DNA from: Acidobacteriota bacterium
GTDB lineage: Bacteria; Acidobacteriota; UBA6911
Length of the DNA: 64,000 nt
Assembly: GCA_963664705.1 (NCBI GenBank)
Contig: OY761556.1
Location: forward strand, 3,200,001 to 3,264,000
Reading direction: 5' to 3'
In this document: positions 51,844-62,073 of the stretch, in pieces
How positions within the stretch are numbered: the stretch's first letter is position 1
Layout of the letters: each line of letters opens with the position of its first letter
Notes under the pieces: generated by a model
Told to the model about the DNA's origin: nothing
What the model saw: the letters and a program-made list of their open reading frames with translations, nothing else
Databases searched by the model: none
Position numbers and translations under genes: made by a program

Positions 51844-53868
51844 CTAATGGCCCTCGGCACCCATCGTTGTTCGCTCGCGCGTAAAAGGAGCCGCAAGCCA
51901 TTTATTTGCCTCCGCCTGGGCTCCATTTGTGTCGTCTTTTGTGTTGATTGCCTTGGTGTATTCCGCCATAGCCCTCTGGCGTTGCCCCAGGATATCGTAT
52001 ATCTTCCCCAGGTAGAGGTAGCACCAGACCTCGACCCACTTCGGGTCCTTGTCTCCATTCAGTGCGTCGCGGAATGAATTCGCAGCCGACTGGAGATTGA
52101 ACTGTTCATAGAAAACCTCCGCCAGCCTGTAATGCGCAATAGATCGATGCGAATCCAGTTTCAGAGCGCTTTCATAGGCACGGATTGCCTCGACGAAATC
52201 GCCGCGCTGTTTGCAATCGTTGCCGATGGAGAGCTGAACGGACGTCTGCAGCTCTTTGGAATCCCTCAACAGTTTGTTATTGGGATCCAGGACAACCTTT
52301 TGCGGCATAGTAAATGTGGTAATGTCAAAGGCCGTTGACTTGCCGTTTAATTCGACTGTCTTGGTCTCTTCCTTGGAGTTGCTGACAACGGATACATCGA
52401 CGGGCATCCTGAACAGGTCGCGATCCTGCTTGACGGTGCCAGAGACGCGGAACCCGCTGGCCGTTTTAAAAACCACATAATCCGTCTGCAGCGTGGGGAC
52501 GCCGATTGTGTCGATCCACTCGGCAAAGAACCAGCCGAGTTCCTTGCCATATATCTTCTCAGAAAGCTTTTGGAAGGCGGTTGTGCTTGCCTGAGTCCCG
52601 GAGAAATCGTGCGCATACTGCTGCAGGAGTTTGGTGAAGTTCGCTTCACCCATGATCCCGCGCAGCATGTTGAGCACCCAGGCGCCTTTTCCAGCGACGA
52701 CAGACTCGTATCGCTCCGATCGATAGCCCAACCCAAGCCCGCCACGGACGGCGCTCTTGTTTTCGAATTTCAGGGCCAGCACCGCCAGGTTGTCAATTTC
52801 CTCTTTATATGCCGCGGTTCCTTCGTTCTTGCCCAGGTATTGAGCCGCCGAAAGGTACGCCATTCCATCCACGAGCCAAAGGTCGTCAGCGCTTTGGATT
52901 CCGACTGTCTCCTGCCACCACTGGTAGGCCGCGCGCCGCGCCAGTTCGCGCACCGGAGGCGTCGATTGAGCCAACTCCCTTCGCGTGATGAAGATCGTCC
53001 CCAACATCCCGGATTGTTTGACCAATGCCTCATCCACTTCGACGAGGCGAAAACTGTTACCCGAAGACGGCGAGCCGTAGTTCTTCTGGTAGTAGTCCAG
53101 GATTTTGGCCAGCGCTTCCGCACTTGGCTGCATCGCCTCCGGTTTGTTGTCTTTGGAAAAACACTCAATCGACAATTGTCCGAACTGCATTTTCTTTTGC
53201 GTGTATTGCCCGGCCACGACGGAGCCCGGAAGAATAGGATTTTTGGCAACCCATCCGAACGTTTCGTTGATGCCCTTTGTGACAACGGGCATCTGCGTCC
53301 CCGGTCCGATAACCGTCATCCCCAGGGGAACGGTCACTTCCACCGTCGCGGTTGCCCGGTCCACCAGAAACTGGCTTACCGGAAACCACTTGGCGGAATA
53401 CATCAGGTATGTCCCTTCCATTCCGATGTAGGCACTGCCTTCATCCCGTGTATACATGCGGCTGTAACGGTCGCGATCGAAGCCGCCCTGGCACTCGATC
53501 TGAATGGTAATGACCGAACCGGCATCCAGCGCCTTCGGAAAACGGATCGAGAGATACCCTGGACCAATCTCGTCCTGACCGAATTCCAGTTCTACTCCAT
53601 TGGAATTGAGCACCCTCTGAACCGAGAGATTTTCGCTCAATTCGAAGACAATGTGATCGGTCGCTTGAATCGGCTTGAAAGCGATGGTTGTGACGGATTT
53701 GATTTCGTGGCTGTCCGGAGTCAGCGTCGCCTCGATCCTGTAATTCTGAATATCTATACGCGGCATCGTGGAAGCAGCTTTCTTCGCCTGCGCATAGCCT
53801 GGCAAACCTGTGCCCGCAAAAGCCAGAAGAAGGATAGACATCAGAATGGATTTGTTGCGCATGTTCAT
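51844..53868 (-). CDS. M1-aminopeptidase-like protein lacking Zn ligands, with C-terminal TPRs
   Basis: M1 fold motifs (KGAWVLNMLRGIMG..F, FFAEWI, DP..LL); HExxH replaced by RRAAY; TPRs at the C-terminus. Confidence 0.8.
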   Translation of the reverse strand: MNMRNKSILMSILLLAFAGTGLPGYAQAKKAASTMPRIDIQNYRIEATLTPDSHEIKSVTTIAFKPIQATDHIVFELSENLSVQRVLNSNGVELEFGQDEIGPGYLSIRFPKALDAGSVITIQIECQGGFDRDRYSRMYTRDEGSAYIGMEGTYLMYSAKWFPVSQFLVDRATATVEVTVPLGMTVIGPGTQMPVVTKGINETFGWVAKNPILPGSVVAGQYTQKKMQFGQLSIECFSKDNKPEAMQPSAEALAKILDYYQKNYGSPSSGNSFRLVEVDEALVKQSGMLGTIFITRRELAQSTPPVRELARRAAYQWWQETVGIQSADDLWLVDGMAYLSAAQYLGKNEGTAAYKEEIDNLAVLALKFENKSAVRGGLGLGYRSERYESVVAGKGAWVLNMLRGIMGEANFTKLLQQYAHDFSGTQASTTAFQKLSEKIYGKELGWFFAEWIDTIGVPTLQTDYVVFKTASGFRVSGTVKQDRDLFRMPVDVSVVSNSKEETKTVELNGKSTAFDITTFTMPQKVVLDPNNKLLRDSKELQTSVQLSIGNDCKQRGDFVEAIRAYESALKLDSHRSIAHYRLAEVFYEQFNLQSAANSFRDALNGDKDPKWVEVWCYLYLGKIYDILGQRQRAMAEYTKAINTKDDTNGAQAEANKWLAAPFTRERTTMGAEGH

Positions 53869-55031
53869 TCCCTTAAGAAGCTGCTCACTATGGCCGCGAC
53901 CGTATCCGAGGCGCAACGGGTACTGAGTTGTTCCCTGATTCCGGCCAACTGTGTACGCATCAGTGCACTGCATTCGGGCTCCAACAAGTATTTCAGCGCT
54001 ACCTGAGCCAACCGATCCGGTTCCGCCTCGCTCTGAAACAACTCCGGTACAATCTTCTCCTGCGCTATCAAGTTTACCAGCCCCTTCATGGAACTGCGAA
54101 TCAGAATGGAGCCTACAAACCAGCTCAAGGGGGAGATCTTGTACGCTATCAGGAAGGGGGTTCCAACCAGCGCCGCTTCCAGGGAACTGGTTCCGCTCTT
54201 TACAAAGGCAAAATCGGAATTCGCCAGTATATCTCTGGAATCCTGTGTTGAGAGATGGAACCGGTCTTCATTCGGATCGCCCTGGAGCTCAGCGCGCATC
54301 ACGGTGCGAATATGAGCCGGGTTGATGGTAGGAGCCGCCGAAATGACGAATTGCGCGTCAATGGATTTCAGTAACCGCTTCCCCGCCTGCAGAAGGACTG
54401 GAAGGATGTGATCGATTTCCTTTTTGCGGCTCCCGGCTAATATGGAAATTGTATATCGGGCCGGATTCAAACCAAGCTGAAGGACAAAGGATTCGCGATC
54501 GCAGTCCGGATGGAAATCCTCCAGCAGCGGATGTCCTACGAATTCGACCTCAACACCGCGCTCCCGGTAATACGCCTCTTCGAAAGGCAGGATAACCAGC
54601 ATCTTGTCCACATACTCCCGAATAGCCCGGATGCGGCCGCTACGCCAGGCCCATATCTGCGGGCTTATGTAGTAGATAACCTGGATGCCCTGTCGTTTCA
54701 GTTTTTTTGCCAATCGCAGGTTGAAATCCGGGAAATCCAGCAGGATGGCAAGCCGGGGAGGTTGCTTCGAGGATTCAAGCAGAAGCCGTCGGTAGGTACG
54801 ATAATAGGTTCGAAAACTGGAAAAAGCCTCGCGAATCCCTATATGCGCCAGTTCTCGTACATGGCAAAACAGCTGGACTCCGGCTTTCTGCATGGCATCG
54901 CCGCCGGTCCCATAAAAATGAATGGCGCCGGGGCCGGCGAGTTGTGTCAGCTTTTCCACAAGCCGCGCACCATACCGGTCAGCCGAGGCTTCTCCGGCAA
55001 CTATCAGAATCCGCATAGGGGGCTTTGCCAT
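53865..55031 (-). CDS. lpxB: Lipid-A-disaccharide synthase
   Basis: AGEASAD, DFPDFN, YISPQIWAWR, ILPFE, FVGHPL, GSR..E, SGT..LE. Confidence 0.95.
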   Translation of the reverse strand: MAKPPMRILIVAGEASADRYGARLVEKLTQLAGPGAIHFYGTGGDAMQKAGVQLFCHVRELAHIGIREAFSSFRTYYRTYRRLLLESSKQPPRLAILLDFPDFNLRLAKKLKRQGIQVIYYISPQIWAWRSGRIRAIREYVDKMLVILPFEEAYYRERGVEVEFVGHPLLEDFHPDCDRESFVLQLGLNPARYTISILAGSRKKEIDHILPVLLQAGKRLLKSIDAQFVISAAPTINPAHIRTVMRAELQGDPNEDRFHLSTQDSRDILANSDFAFVKSGTSSLEAALVGTPFLIAYKISPLSWFVGSILIRSSMKGLVNLIAQEKIVPELFQSEAEPDRLAQVALKYLLEPECSALMRTQLAGIREQLSTRCASDTVAAIVSSFLRE

Positions 55032-55076
55032 ATTTCGTTCTTAAGAAAAAAGCTCTTAACCGTCAATCGTCAATGG

Positions 55077-56189
55077 TCAGTCCCGTCGAATCCACCCGCC
55101 GCCCACAACCTTGTCGGCTTGATAGAAAACGCATGCCTGCCCGGGACTTATCGCGGGTTGGGGAGAGTCGAAGACAACTTCCACCACCCCATCTTCCGCG
55201 GGCACAATTGTCGCCGAGGCTTCCTTATGGCGAGAGCGAATTTTGGCATGAACCTTCATAGGCGCATCCAGCGCGGCGATAGAGATCCAATTGGGTCGGA
55301 TCACATGACACCGCTGTCGGTTCAGTTCCGCGCGCGCTCCGACAATAATGGTATTGTCCTCGGGACGGATTTCCAGCACATAGAGAGGAACCGCATGGGC
55401 AATGCCTAACCCTCTTCTCTGGCCGATTGTATAGTGGTGAATCCCTGGATGTCTGCCGACAATTTGTCCCTTGGAGTTGAGAATATTCCCGGCAGGAAAC
55501 TCCAGCGGCTCGCCAGTCATTTCGCGAGCATAACGCTCAATGAACGACGCGTAATCCTGATCCGGGATAAAGCAAATCTCCTGGCTTTCAGCCTTCTCGG
55601 CCACCGGCAGATCATATCGGCGTGCAATCTGGCGCACCTGCTGTTTGTCGAGATCTCCGAGGGGGAATAAGGCTTTGGATAATTGCGCCTGGTTCAGCTC
55701 AAACAGGAAATAGGACTGATCCTTGTTTTTATCGCGCGCCTGCCACAGCAGATACCGGCCTGTTTCCTGATCGAGCGTGACTCTGGCATAGTGCCCGGTG
55801 GCCACGCAGGGGGCCTGTATATCCTCCGCCATGCGGACGAGGCGATCAAACTTCATATGCGAATTGCAAAGCACGCAGGGAGAAGGGGTGAGCCCTCTCC
55901 GGTAATTGTCGACAAAGTCCCGGACGACGGTATTCTCGAATTCCTTCTCGAAATCGACCACATAATAAGGAATGCCCAGCCGGGCGGCCACTTCCCGAGC
56001 ATCGTGGAAATCCTCCAGGGAACAGCATCCGCCGGACCGTGCCGAAGCCGCTTCCGCGCCGCTCCGCCTTTGGTCCCAGAGCTGCATGGAAAAACCTACC
56101 AGATCGTAACCGGTCTCCTTGAGAATGGCGGCGGCGACGGAACTGTCTACTCCGCCGCTCATCGCAATTGCAACTCTCTCTGAAGGCAT
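55077..56189 (-). CDS. mnmA: tRNA 2-thiouridine(34) synthase
   Basis: MSGGVDSSVAA, TPSPCVLCN, ATGHYAR, KDQSYFL, ESQEICF, YTIGQRRG, PGQACVFY. Confidence 0.97.
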   Translation of the reverse strand: MPSERVAIAMSGGVDSSVAAAILKETGYDLVGFSMQLWDQRRSGAEAASARSGGCCSLEDFHDAREVAARLGIPYYVVDFEKEFENTVVRDFVDNYRRGLTPSPCVLCNSHMKFDRLVRMAEDIQAPCVATGHYARVTLDQETGRYLLWQARDKNKDQSYFLFELNQAQLSKALFPLGDLDKQQVRQIARRYDLPVAEKAESQEICFIPDQDYASFIERYAREMTGEPLEFPAGNILNSKGQIVGRHPGIHHYTIGQRRGLGIAHAVPLYVLEIRPEDNTIIVGARAELNRQRCHVIRPNWISIAALDAPMKVHAKIRSRHKEASATIVPAEDGVVEVVFDSPQPAISPGQACVFYQADKVVGGGWIRRD

Positions 56190-57068
56190 CTAGACCATAT
56201 CCTTGGGCATCCACAGGATGCAGCTTCTTACAAAATGGATATCTTTCAGATTTGGGTGAAGGATGTATTCGTCAATTGCGCTGGCCTTTTCGTTGAACGA
56301 ATCGGTGAGCCGGGATATCTCCTGGCGAGCCTCCCATTCCAGCGCCGTCAGCCGCTCCTCCAGTTCGGGGACCGCAGAATCCTGCGGAGGCAGGTTCGGC
56401 ATAGGCCGCAGCCGGAGCCCGGAAGAACTGAACAGCTCTGTCATCTGATCCGAGTACCGCGTAAAAATATCCCGGTTCCGCGACTCCGATTTGGAAGGCT
56501 CCAGCGCACCGGATTCGACTCTGCCCAGGTATTTCTGCTTGGCCTGCTCCAGCATGCGGTTAAAAACCTCGTGAAGCTTGTCGAGCTCGGACCGCTTACT
56601 GCCTTCAAAAAGCTCCAGGCACCGCCAGCAGAAATCCGCACGCGATTCTCCCGAAAGAGAATAAACGTTTAAATCAAAATTCCGGAAAATCCTCGCCGCA
56701 TAGGAGCGCAACAGATATTGGACAAACTGATTTTCCATCTGGGCAAGAAAATTCGGATTCACAAAATGGGGCAGGATTCCCAGGCGAACCCCTTCCGGCA
56801 CGGAGGTACTCGTCCTGGAAAGGTCGATATTCCGAATCATGTCATCGGTCCAAAGCAGGTCCGCATTGTCCGAATAAATCTCCAGCGCCTTGCATAGGCT
56901 TACAGTTTCCCTGAATCCCGTCCGCACATCGTTGAAGTCGATTCTGGCTTCAACGCAGAAAAAGGGGATCCAGTCAGAACCGGTGTTGAACTGATCCGGT
57001 ATCAGATATAGCTGCTTGATTCTCTCTGCTGCATGATTCTGCTGCGCTCTGGGATTCACGGGATGCAT
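56190..57068 (-). CDS. Hypothetical protein (helical/coiled-coil C-terminal half)
   Basis: 292-aa ORF abutting the mnmA start; RBS-like AGAGG. Confidence 0.75.
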   Translation of the reverse strand: MHPVNPRAQQNHAAERIKQLYLIPDQFNTGSDWIPFFCVEARIDFNDVRTGFRETVSLCKALEIYSDNADLLWTDDMIRNIDLSRTSTSVPEGVRLGILPHFVNPNFLAQMENQFVQYLLRSYAARIFRNFDLNVYSLSGESRADFCWRCLELFEGSKRSELDKLHEVFNRMLEQAKQKYLGRVESGALEPSKSESRNRDIFTRYSDQMTELFSSSGLRLRPMPNLPPQDSAVPELEERLTALEWEARQEISRLTDSFNEKASAIDEYILHPNLKDIHFVRSCILWMPKDMV

Positions 57069-57191
57069 CGGAAACCTCTGACGGTTCGGAATAAAAGCCC
57101 TTTATTTTATCATGCGAAGAGTCATTCTCAATTGGGGATGTTGGGGGGGGCATGCGGACGGGCGGGAAGCGATTGCGGATGGGTCCTCGGG

Positions 57192-57247
57192 AAAAGCAAC
57201 GCCCGGGAGCGAGGCGCGAGGCGCAAATGGCCTCGCTCCCGGGTTGC
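57192..57247 (-). terminator. Intrinsic terminator after the ECF sigma gene
   Basis: 14-bp GC stem CCCGGGAGCGAGGC/GCCTCGCTCCCGGG, with a short TTTT run after the stem on the minus strand. Confidence 0.7.
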
Positions 57248-57250
57248 GCT

Positions 57251-57868
57251 TTAGTTGATCACTTCCGATGAGGGCCGGAACCCTCCGTTGGCCAGGGCGC
57301 CAAACACTGTCTTGAATTCCTGCCTTCCATAAAAGAGCCGCGACTTGACCGTGCCAACCGGGCAGTGGATGATCTGGGCTATTTCCTGAATCGTGTGCCC
57401 TTCCATGTCGTGCAGCCGAACCACAATCCCCTGCTTTTCCGACATGCGATGGAATGTCTCATGAACGAGAGATCGCAATTCCTCGAGCGAGGTGTGGGCC
57501 AGCGGATCGGTGAATGGCGTAGACTCCGCGGGGAGATCCCTGGCGATATCGTCTTCCAGCTCCACGAACTGCCGATTCTTCCCTTTGCGCAACATACCCA
57601 GGCAAACGTTGATCGTAATTCGGCTGATCCAGGTGGATACCTTGCTGTCGCCCCTGAAATGGGATATCCCGCGATATACATTCAGAAGTGTCTCCTGAAG
57701 CGCGTCTTCCGCAGACGATTCCTCGCCAAGTATGCGGTACGCGGTATTGAAAATCTTGCGGTTGTATCGGGCAAAAAGCTCGTTACATGCATCCGGATCG
57801 TTGGACATGCAGCGATTCAAAAGGGCTACATTGAGTTCTTCGTTGGGTTGGGATTCGATCGCCAGCAT
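57251..57868 (-). CDS. ECF (sigma-70 group 4) RNA polymerase sigma factor
   Basis: AEDALQET, FRGDSKVSTWISRI, EIAQIIHCPVGTVKSRL; start at 57868 (AAGGA RBS). Confidence 0.93.
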   Translation of the reverse strand: MLAIESQPNEELNVALLNRCMSNDPDACNELFARYNRKIFNTAYRILGEESSAEDALQETLLNVYRGISHFRGDSKVSTWISRITINVCLGMLRKGKNRQFVELEDDIARDLPAESTPFTDPLAHTSLEELRSLVHETFHRMSEKQGIVVRLHDMEGHTIQEIAQIIHCPVGTVKSRLFYGRQEFKTVFGALANGGFRPSSEVIN

Positions 57869-57927
57869 AAATTTCCTTTTCCTTTCCAGTTCATTGGCGC
57901 CATTCCATTGCCGCCGAACTGTACAGT

Positions 57928-57944
57928 TGCAAATCGAATGCCAG
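57928..57944 (-). promoter_or_regulatory. Sigma54 (-24/-12) promoter of the ECF sigma gene
   Basis: Minus strand CTGGCATTCGATTTGCA, i.e. GG-N10-GC. Confidence 0.8.
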
Positions 57945-58021
57945 ACCGAATAAAAATCCATATATTGTTTATAATGAATAATTTACACAAAATATCCCAA
58001 CCAGACCCCAAGGCATTCAAC

Positions 58022-58104
58022 TGTACATATTTTGGACACCTTGGCTTTATCAGCCAACAATCGCATTGTTTTCAATACTTTATCGGATGTCCAAAAATAT
58101 TACA
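58022..58104. promoter_or_regulatory. Two putative enhancer (UAS) sites, TGT-N11-ACA
   Basis: TGTACATATTTTGGACA (58022-38) and TGTCCAAAAATATTACA (58088-104) are near reverse complements of each other. Confidence 0.6.
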
Positions 58105-58301
58105 CCTGGAGCAAGCCAAAGAAACCCGCGTATTATCAACAGTTATAGAATTTGACGCCGCCGGCCCGGCCAATGCCGCCTTATTTATTTGCCAAAACCG
58201 CGGAGTACAGCCGCAAGCTGCCGCAGCGATGGCAATTCACCGCACTCCGATGGGCTTCGCCCTCGAAAAATAATATGCAGCGAGATGTCGGCGGTTCGCT
58301 C

Positions 58302-59711
58302 TTAGCTCATGCGGCGGAGTTTTTCGATGAGGGACTGGCGGCTGATGCCGAGGACACGGGCAGTTTGGGATTTGTTCTGACCCAGCCTGGCCAGAGTTTC
58401 CCGGATCATATCTTCCTCCAGCACACGGATGGCAGATTTCAGATCTCCTTCAGAGAGCGGTACGGACCGGTGCCGCTGTCGGATGTGATCCGAAAGGAAT
58501 TCTGGTCCGATGCTTTTGTCTTCCTCTGCCAAAAGCACCACACGCTCAATTTCATTCTGCAGTTCTCGGACATTTCCCGGCCAATTGTATGCCATCAGGA
58601 GGTCGCAGGTTTCCTCACTGAAGGGTCCGGTTTTGCGGTTCAACTTCCTGGAGAACTGCTGCCGAAAGAATTCCGCAAGGGGAAGGATATCCTTCTTTCG
58701 TTCGCGCAGAGGGGGAATGGTGACGGAAAAAACATTGATGCGGAAAAACAGATCCTGGCGGAAACGATTTGCCTGAACCTCCGCTTTCAGATCCCGGTTG
58801 GTCGATGCGATGATGCGCACATCCACCTTTTTCGGCCGGTTGTGGCCGACCGGCATGATTTCACTTTCCTGAATGACACGCAGCAGCTTGACCTGCAGTT
58901 CGGGCGGCGCCTCTCCTATTTCGTCGAGAAAAATGGTCCCCCCGTTTGCCATCTCGAAATATCCCTTTTTCTCCTGAGTGGCGCCGGTGAAAGCTCCTTT
59001 AGCGTGCCCGAAGAATTCGCTCTCGACGAGATCCCTTGGGATGGCGCCGCAATTGACGGGGATAAATATCTGGTCGCGGCGATTGCTCTCGCCATGAATA
59101 AAGCGGGCAATGAGTTCCTTGCCGGTTCCGGTTTCTCCCTGGATAAGAACGGTTGTTTCCGTCCCGGTGACCCTGCGCAGCAGATGCAGGATGTTTTCCA
59201 TTTCAGGACTGCCGTGAATGATGTTCTTTGAAAAAGCCTGCTTCTCAACCTCCTGCCGCAAAATGATGTTTTCGGTCTGCAACCGTTCGTTGGCAAGCTT
59301 CAATTCGGTAGCCAACCGTTCGTTTTCACGCACCAGGTCCATCTTCTCGAGAGCATCCTGGACGGCCATGCGCAAATCGTCAGGCTCCCAGGGCTTGGTG
59401 ATATATTTGTGAACTTTTCCCGTATTGATGGCTTCAATGAGATCCTGCACATCGGTAAAACCGGTCAATACGATCCGTACCACGTTGGGATGGCTTTTCT
59501 GCGACAGTTCGAGAAATTCCATGCCCGTCATGTTGGGCATCTTCTGATCCGTGATGATCGCATCAATTGGGGTTTTATGCAGGATTTCCAGCGCATCCTG
59601 CCCGGATTGCGCCAGGTGGATGCCGTACTGCGCCATGAACGTGCGCTGAAGCTTCTGCAGATTGGCCATTTCGTCATCTACAAGCAACAGCTCATACTTT
59701 CGCTTATTCAC
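58302..59711 (-). CDS. Sigma54-dependent response regulator (NtrC family: REC-AAA+-HTH)
   Basis: TDQKMP, GETGTGKE, GAFTGA, FLDEIGE, RQDLFFR, WPGNVREL, Fis-type HTH. Confidence 0.96.
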   Translation of the reverse strand: MNKRKYELLLVDDEMANLQKLQRTFMAQYGIHLAQSGQDALEILHKTPIDAIITDQKMPNMTGMEFLELSQKSHPNVVRIVLTGFTDVQDLIEAINTGKVHKYITKPWEPDDLRMAVQDALEKMDLVRENERLATELKLANERLQTENIILRQEVEKQAFSKNIIHGSPEMENILHLLRRVTGTETTVLIQGETGTGKELIARFIHGESNRRDQIFIPVNCGAIPRDLVESEFFGHAKGAFTGATQEKKGYFEMANGGTIFLDEIGEAPPELQVKLLRVIQESEIMPVGHNRPKKVDVRIIASTNRDLKAEVQANRFRQDLFFRINVFSVTIPPLRERKKDILPLAEFFRQQFSRKLNRKTGPFSEETCDLLMAYNWPGNVRELQNEIERVVLLAEEDKSIGPEFLSDHIRQRHRSVPLSEGDLKSAIRVLEEDMIRETLARLGQNKSQTARVLGISRQSLIEKLRRMS

Positions 59712-61885
59712 GCAACTTTCTCCCGATTGACCGGCAGGCTGACGATGAAGGAACTCCCCTTCTGGGGAACGCTCGTCACGTGGATCCTGCCCTGGTGCTG
59801 CTCAATGATTCCGTAGCTGATACTCAATCCGAGCCCGGTCCCCTGACCTACCGGCTTGGTCGTAAAAAAGGGTTCGAAAATCCGGTTCATATATTCTCTC
59901 GGAATCCCGACGCCATTATCCTCAATTTCAACTTCCACCATGCCGTCATTGCAGCGCGTGCGAATCCAGACATCTCCCTTTCCCTGCACGGCGTGAAATG
60001 CATTGGACAGAAGGTTCATAAAGACCTGGTTCAACTTGCCCGCATACCCCGGTATTTTGGGAATGTCACCATATTCCTTGTGGATCTCGATCCGGCTCTT
60101 ATAGGCATTGCGCAGCAGATTCAGCGACATCTCCAGCGAGGCGTGCAGGTCGACTTCCGACACGGTATCGGTGTCCATCCGCGAAAACGTCCGCAAGTCG
60201 GTCACGATCGTATTGATTCGCCGCGCGCCCTCGGTGAAGTTATCAATCAGGATCTTCAGGTCATCCTTGATAAAGTTATAGTGAATCCCCTCTTTCATCT
60301 TGGCCATTTCCATTTGATCCAATTCCGAAATGCTCGGCATCTTCTCAAATGACTCGACCAGGACCTGCAATTTCTGCGTGTAATCAGCCAGGAACCCCGT
60401 ATTCCCGTAAATGAAATTCAAAGGATTTTTGATTTCATGCGCAATGCCGGCCACAAGCTGCCCAAGGGACGCCATCTTTTCAGTCTGGACCAATTGCTCC
60501 TGGGCACTCTGCAGATCCAGGTAGGCGCGCTTGAGTGCTTCGTGCGAGTTCTCCAACTCCACCGTTCGATCGCGAACCATATCCTCAAGATTGCGATTCA
60601 ACTCCTGCAACTGCACCTCGCGCACGGAGAGCGCCCGGGCCATATCATTAAACGTCGAGGCCAGGATTCCGACTTCGTCGGAGGAGCGAATGGGGACACG
60701 TTCCCTGAAATTTCCCTGGGCAATCGTTGAAGCGGATCGAATCAGTGTTTTCAGCGGTACCGTGATTCCCTCTGCAATCAGGTAAGTAAACAGCACGACC
60801 AGCGAAGCCAGCAGCACGGCCGCGCCAAACAACCAATAGCTCAATACCTTGACGGGCCGGAATATGTCCGCCTTGTCAATTTCGACGCCGACAATCCAGC
60901 CGAAGGATGTGTCGTCGATCGGAGCAAATCCGGCAATTTTCCCGCTCCCCTTCAGATCGTAGGCCGAATTGTGCTCCTGATTCAGGATGGCGTCGTGCAC
61001 ATCGCGAAGACCATAATTCTCGATCAGCGTCGTTTTATAAAAGTCCTGCCCGGCAGGTCTTTTCTCATTCTCATCCATTTTTCGATTCGCCCTGTATTTA
61101 TGGGCAATAATGGTGTCCGCGTTCTTGGCCAACATGAAGCCATACCCGGTCCTCAAATCCAGGTTGGCAAGATCCGTTTCAACGCTGTCGAGAATATTCT
61201 GGAAATAGGACCAGTTCAGAATGTTGATCCAGACGCCTACCACTTCGTGCGTCGCCGGGTCTTTGATCGGCTCCGAGAGCGCAATATTGAACTGGCGGCT
61301 TCGATCTTCCTTCCTGTAATCGTAAACACTCTGAACCATCTTGGACTGGTACCAGTCGTGGTGATAACTATGCCCGGTCACCGAGGACATGAATAACTGC
61401 TGCTCTTCCGGGAAGCCGGAGATGTTTTCCCCCATGAGCTTCGAAAGCTTGTCCGAGGGTAGCGGAACAAGATACCGATCCGCGGTGTTGATTCCTACGA
61501 TTCTGCCGGACGTATCCAACACAATCAGCAGGTCATAGACTTCATGGTAAAAGCAGTAGTTGTTCAGCAGATAAGTCAAACTGCCCGGATCGCGCCGGCG
61601 CCCATCGCGATATATCAAGGGATACGTGGTTGCCATGGAACGAATCTCATCCTTTCGCCCACGCAGCATCAGATCCACCTTATCCGCCGTGTCCTGCGCC
61701 ATCTTGCCAAGCGATAAGGTGATCCGATCCTCGATCTGCTTCCTCCCAATGTAATAGGAGAAAAGAGACATCCCGATCAGCGGCACCAAAGAAAGCCCAA
61801 TCATCAGAACAAGCAGCTTGTTCCTGACGCCGTGAAAAAGCGCCAGCCTTGGCTTCCTCATGCTCCCGCTCTGATTTTCAGTCAA
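59708..61885 (-). CDS. Membrane sensor histidine kinase (Cache-like, HAMP, HisKA, HATPase)
   Basis: Two TM segments, EKMASLGQLVAGIAHEIKNP, NLLSNA, FEPFFTTK, GTGLGL. Confidence 0.95.
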   Translation of the reverse strand: MTENQSGSMRKPRLALFHGVRNKLLVLMIGLSLVPLIGMSLFSYYIGRKQIEDRITLSLGKMAQDTADKVDLMLRGRKDEIRSMATTYPLIYRDGRRRDPGSLTYLLNNYCFYHEVYDLLIVLDTSGRIVGINTADRYLVPLPSDKLSKLMGENISGFPEEQQLFMSSVTGHSYHHDWYQSKMVQSVYDYRKEDRSRQFNIALSEPIKDPATHEVVGVWINILNWSYFQNILDSVETDLANLDLRTGYGFMLAKNADTIIAHKYRANRKMDENEKRPAGQDFYKTTLIENYGLRDVHDAILNQEHNSAYDLKGSGKIAGFAPIDDTSFGWIVGVEIDKADIFRPVKVLSYWLFGAAVLLASLVVLFTYLIAEGITVPLKTLIRSASTIAQGNFRERVPIRSSDEVGILASTFNDMARALSVREVQLQELNRNLEDMVRDRTVELENSHEALKRAYLDLQSAQEQLVQTEKMASLGQLVAGIAHEIKNPLNFIYGNTGFLADYTQKLQVLVESFEKMPSISELDQMEMAKMKEGIHYNFIKDDLKILIDNFTEGARRINTIVTDLRTFSRMDTDTVSEVDLHASLEMSLNLLRNAYKSRIEIHKEYGDIPKIPGYAGKLNQVFMNLLSNAFHAVQGKGDVWIRTRCNDGMVEVEIEDNGVGIPREYMNRIFEPFFTTKPVGQGTGLGLSISYGIIEQHQGRIHVTSVPQKGSSFIVSLPVNREKVA

Positions 61886-62073
61886 TGTGTATTCCCTCTT
61901 AACAGTCCAGGCAGATTTATTGTCAATTTATTTTACAGCTTTGTCAAAGCAATTGATCAAACTCCACCTATCCATGGTTCAGAATTGTTCCCTGCGTTGC
62001 CCTCCGGGACGGCTTTTCCCATGACCCGGACAAAATTTCATGATAGTTTTCCCTGGTATCAGGAGGGTGATCG

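Noticed and set aside
49813-55409. + strand ORFs of 418, 478 and 299 aa
   Set aside because: Antisense shadows of the TonB receptor, M1-like, lpxB and mnmA genes
57869-57961. N-terminal extension of the ECF ORF, and similar extensions of cheW, cheY, MBL, M1 and the TonB receptor
   Set aside because: Extensions overlap promoters or neighbouring genes; downstream starts have better RBS or translational coupling
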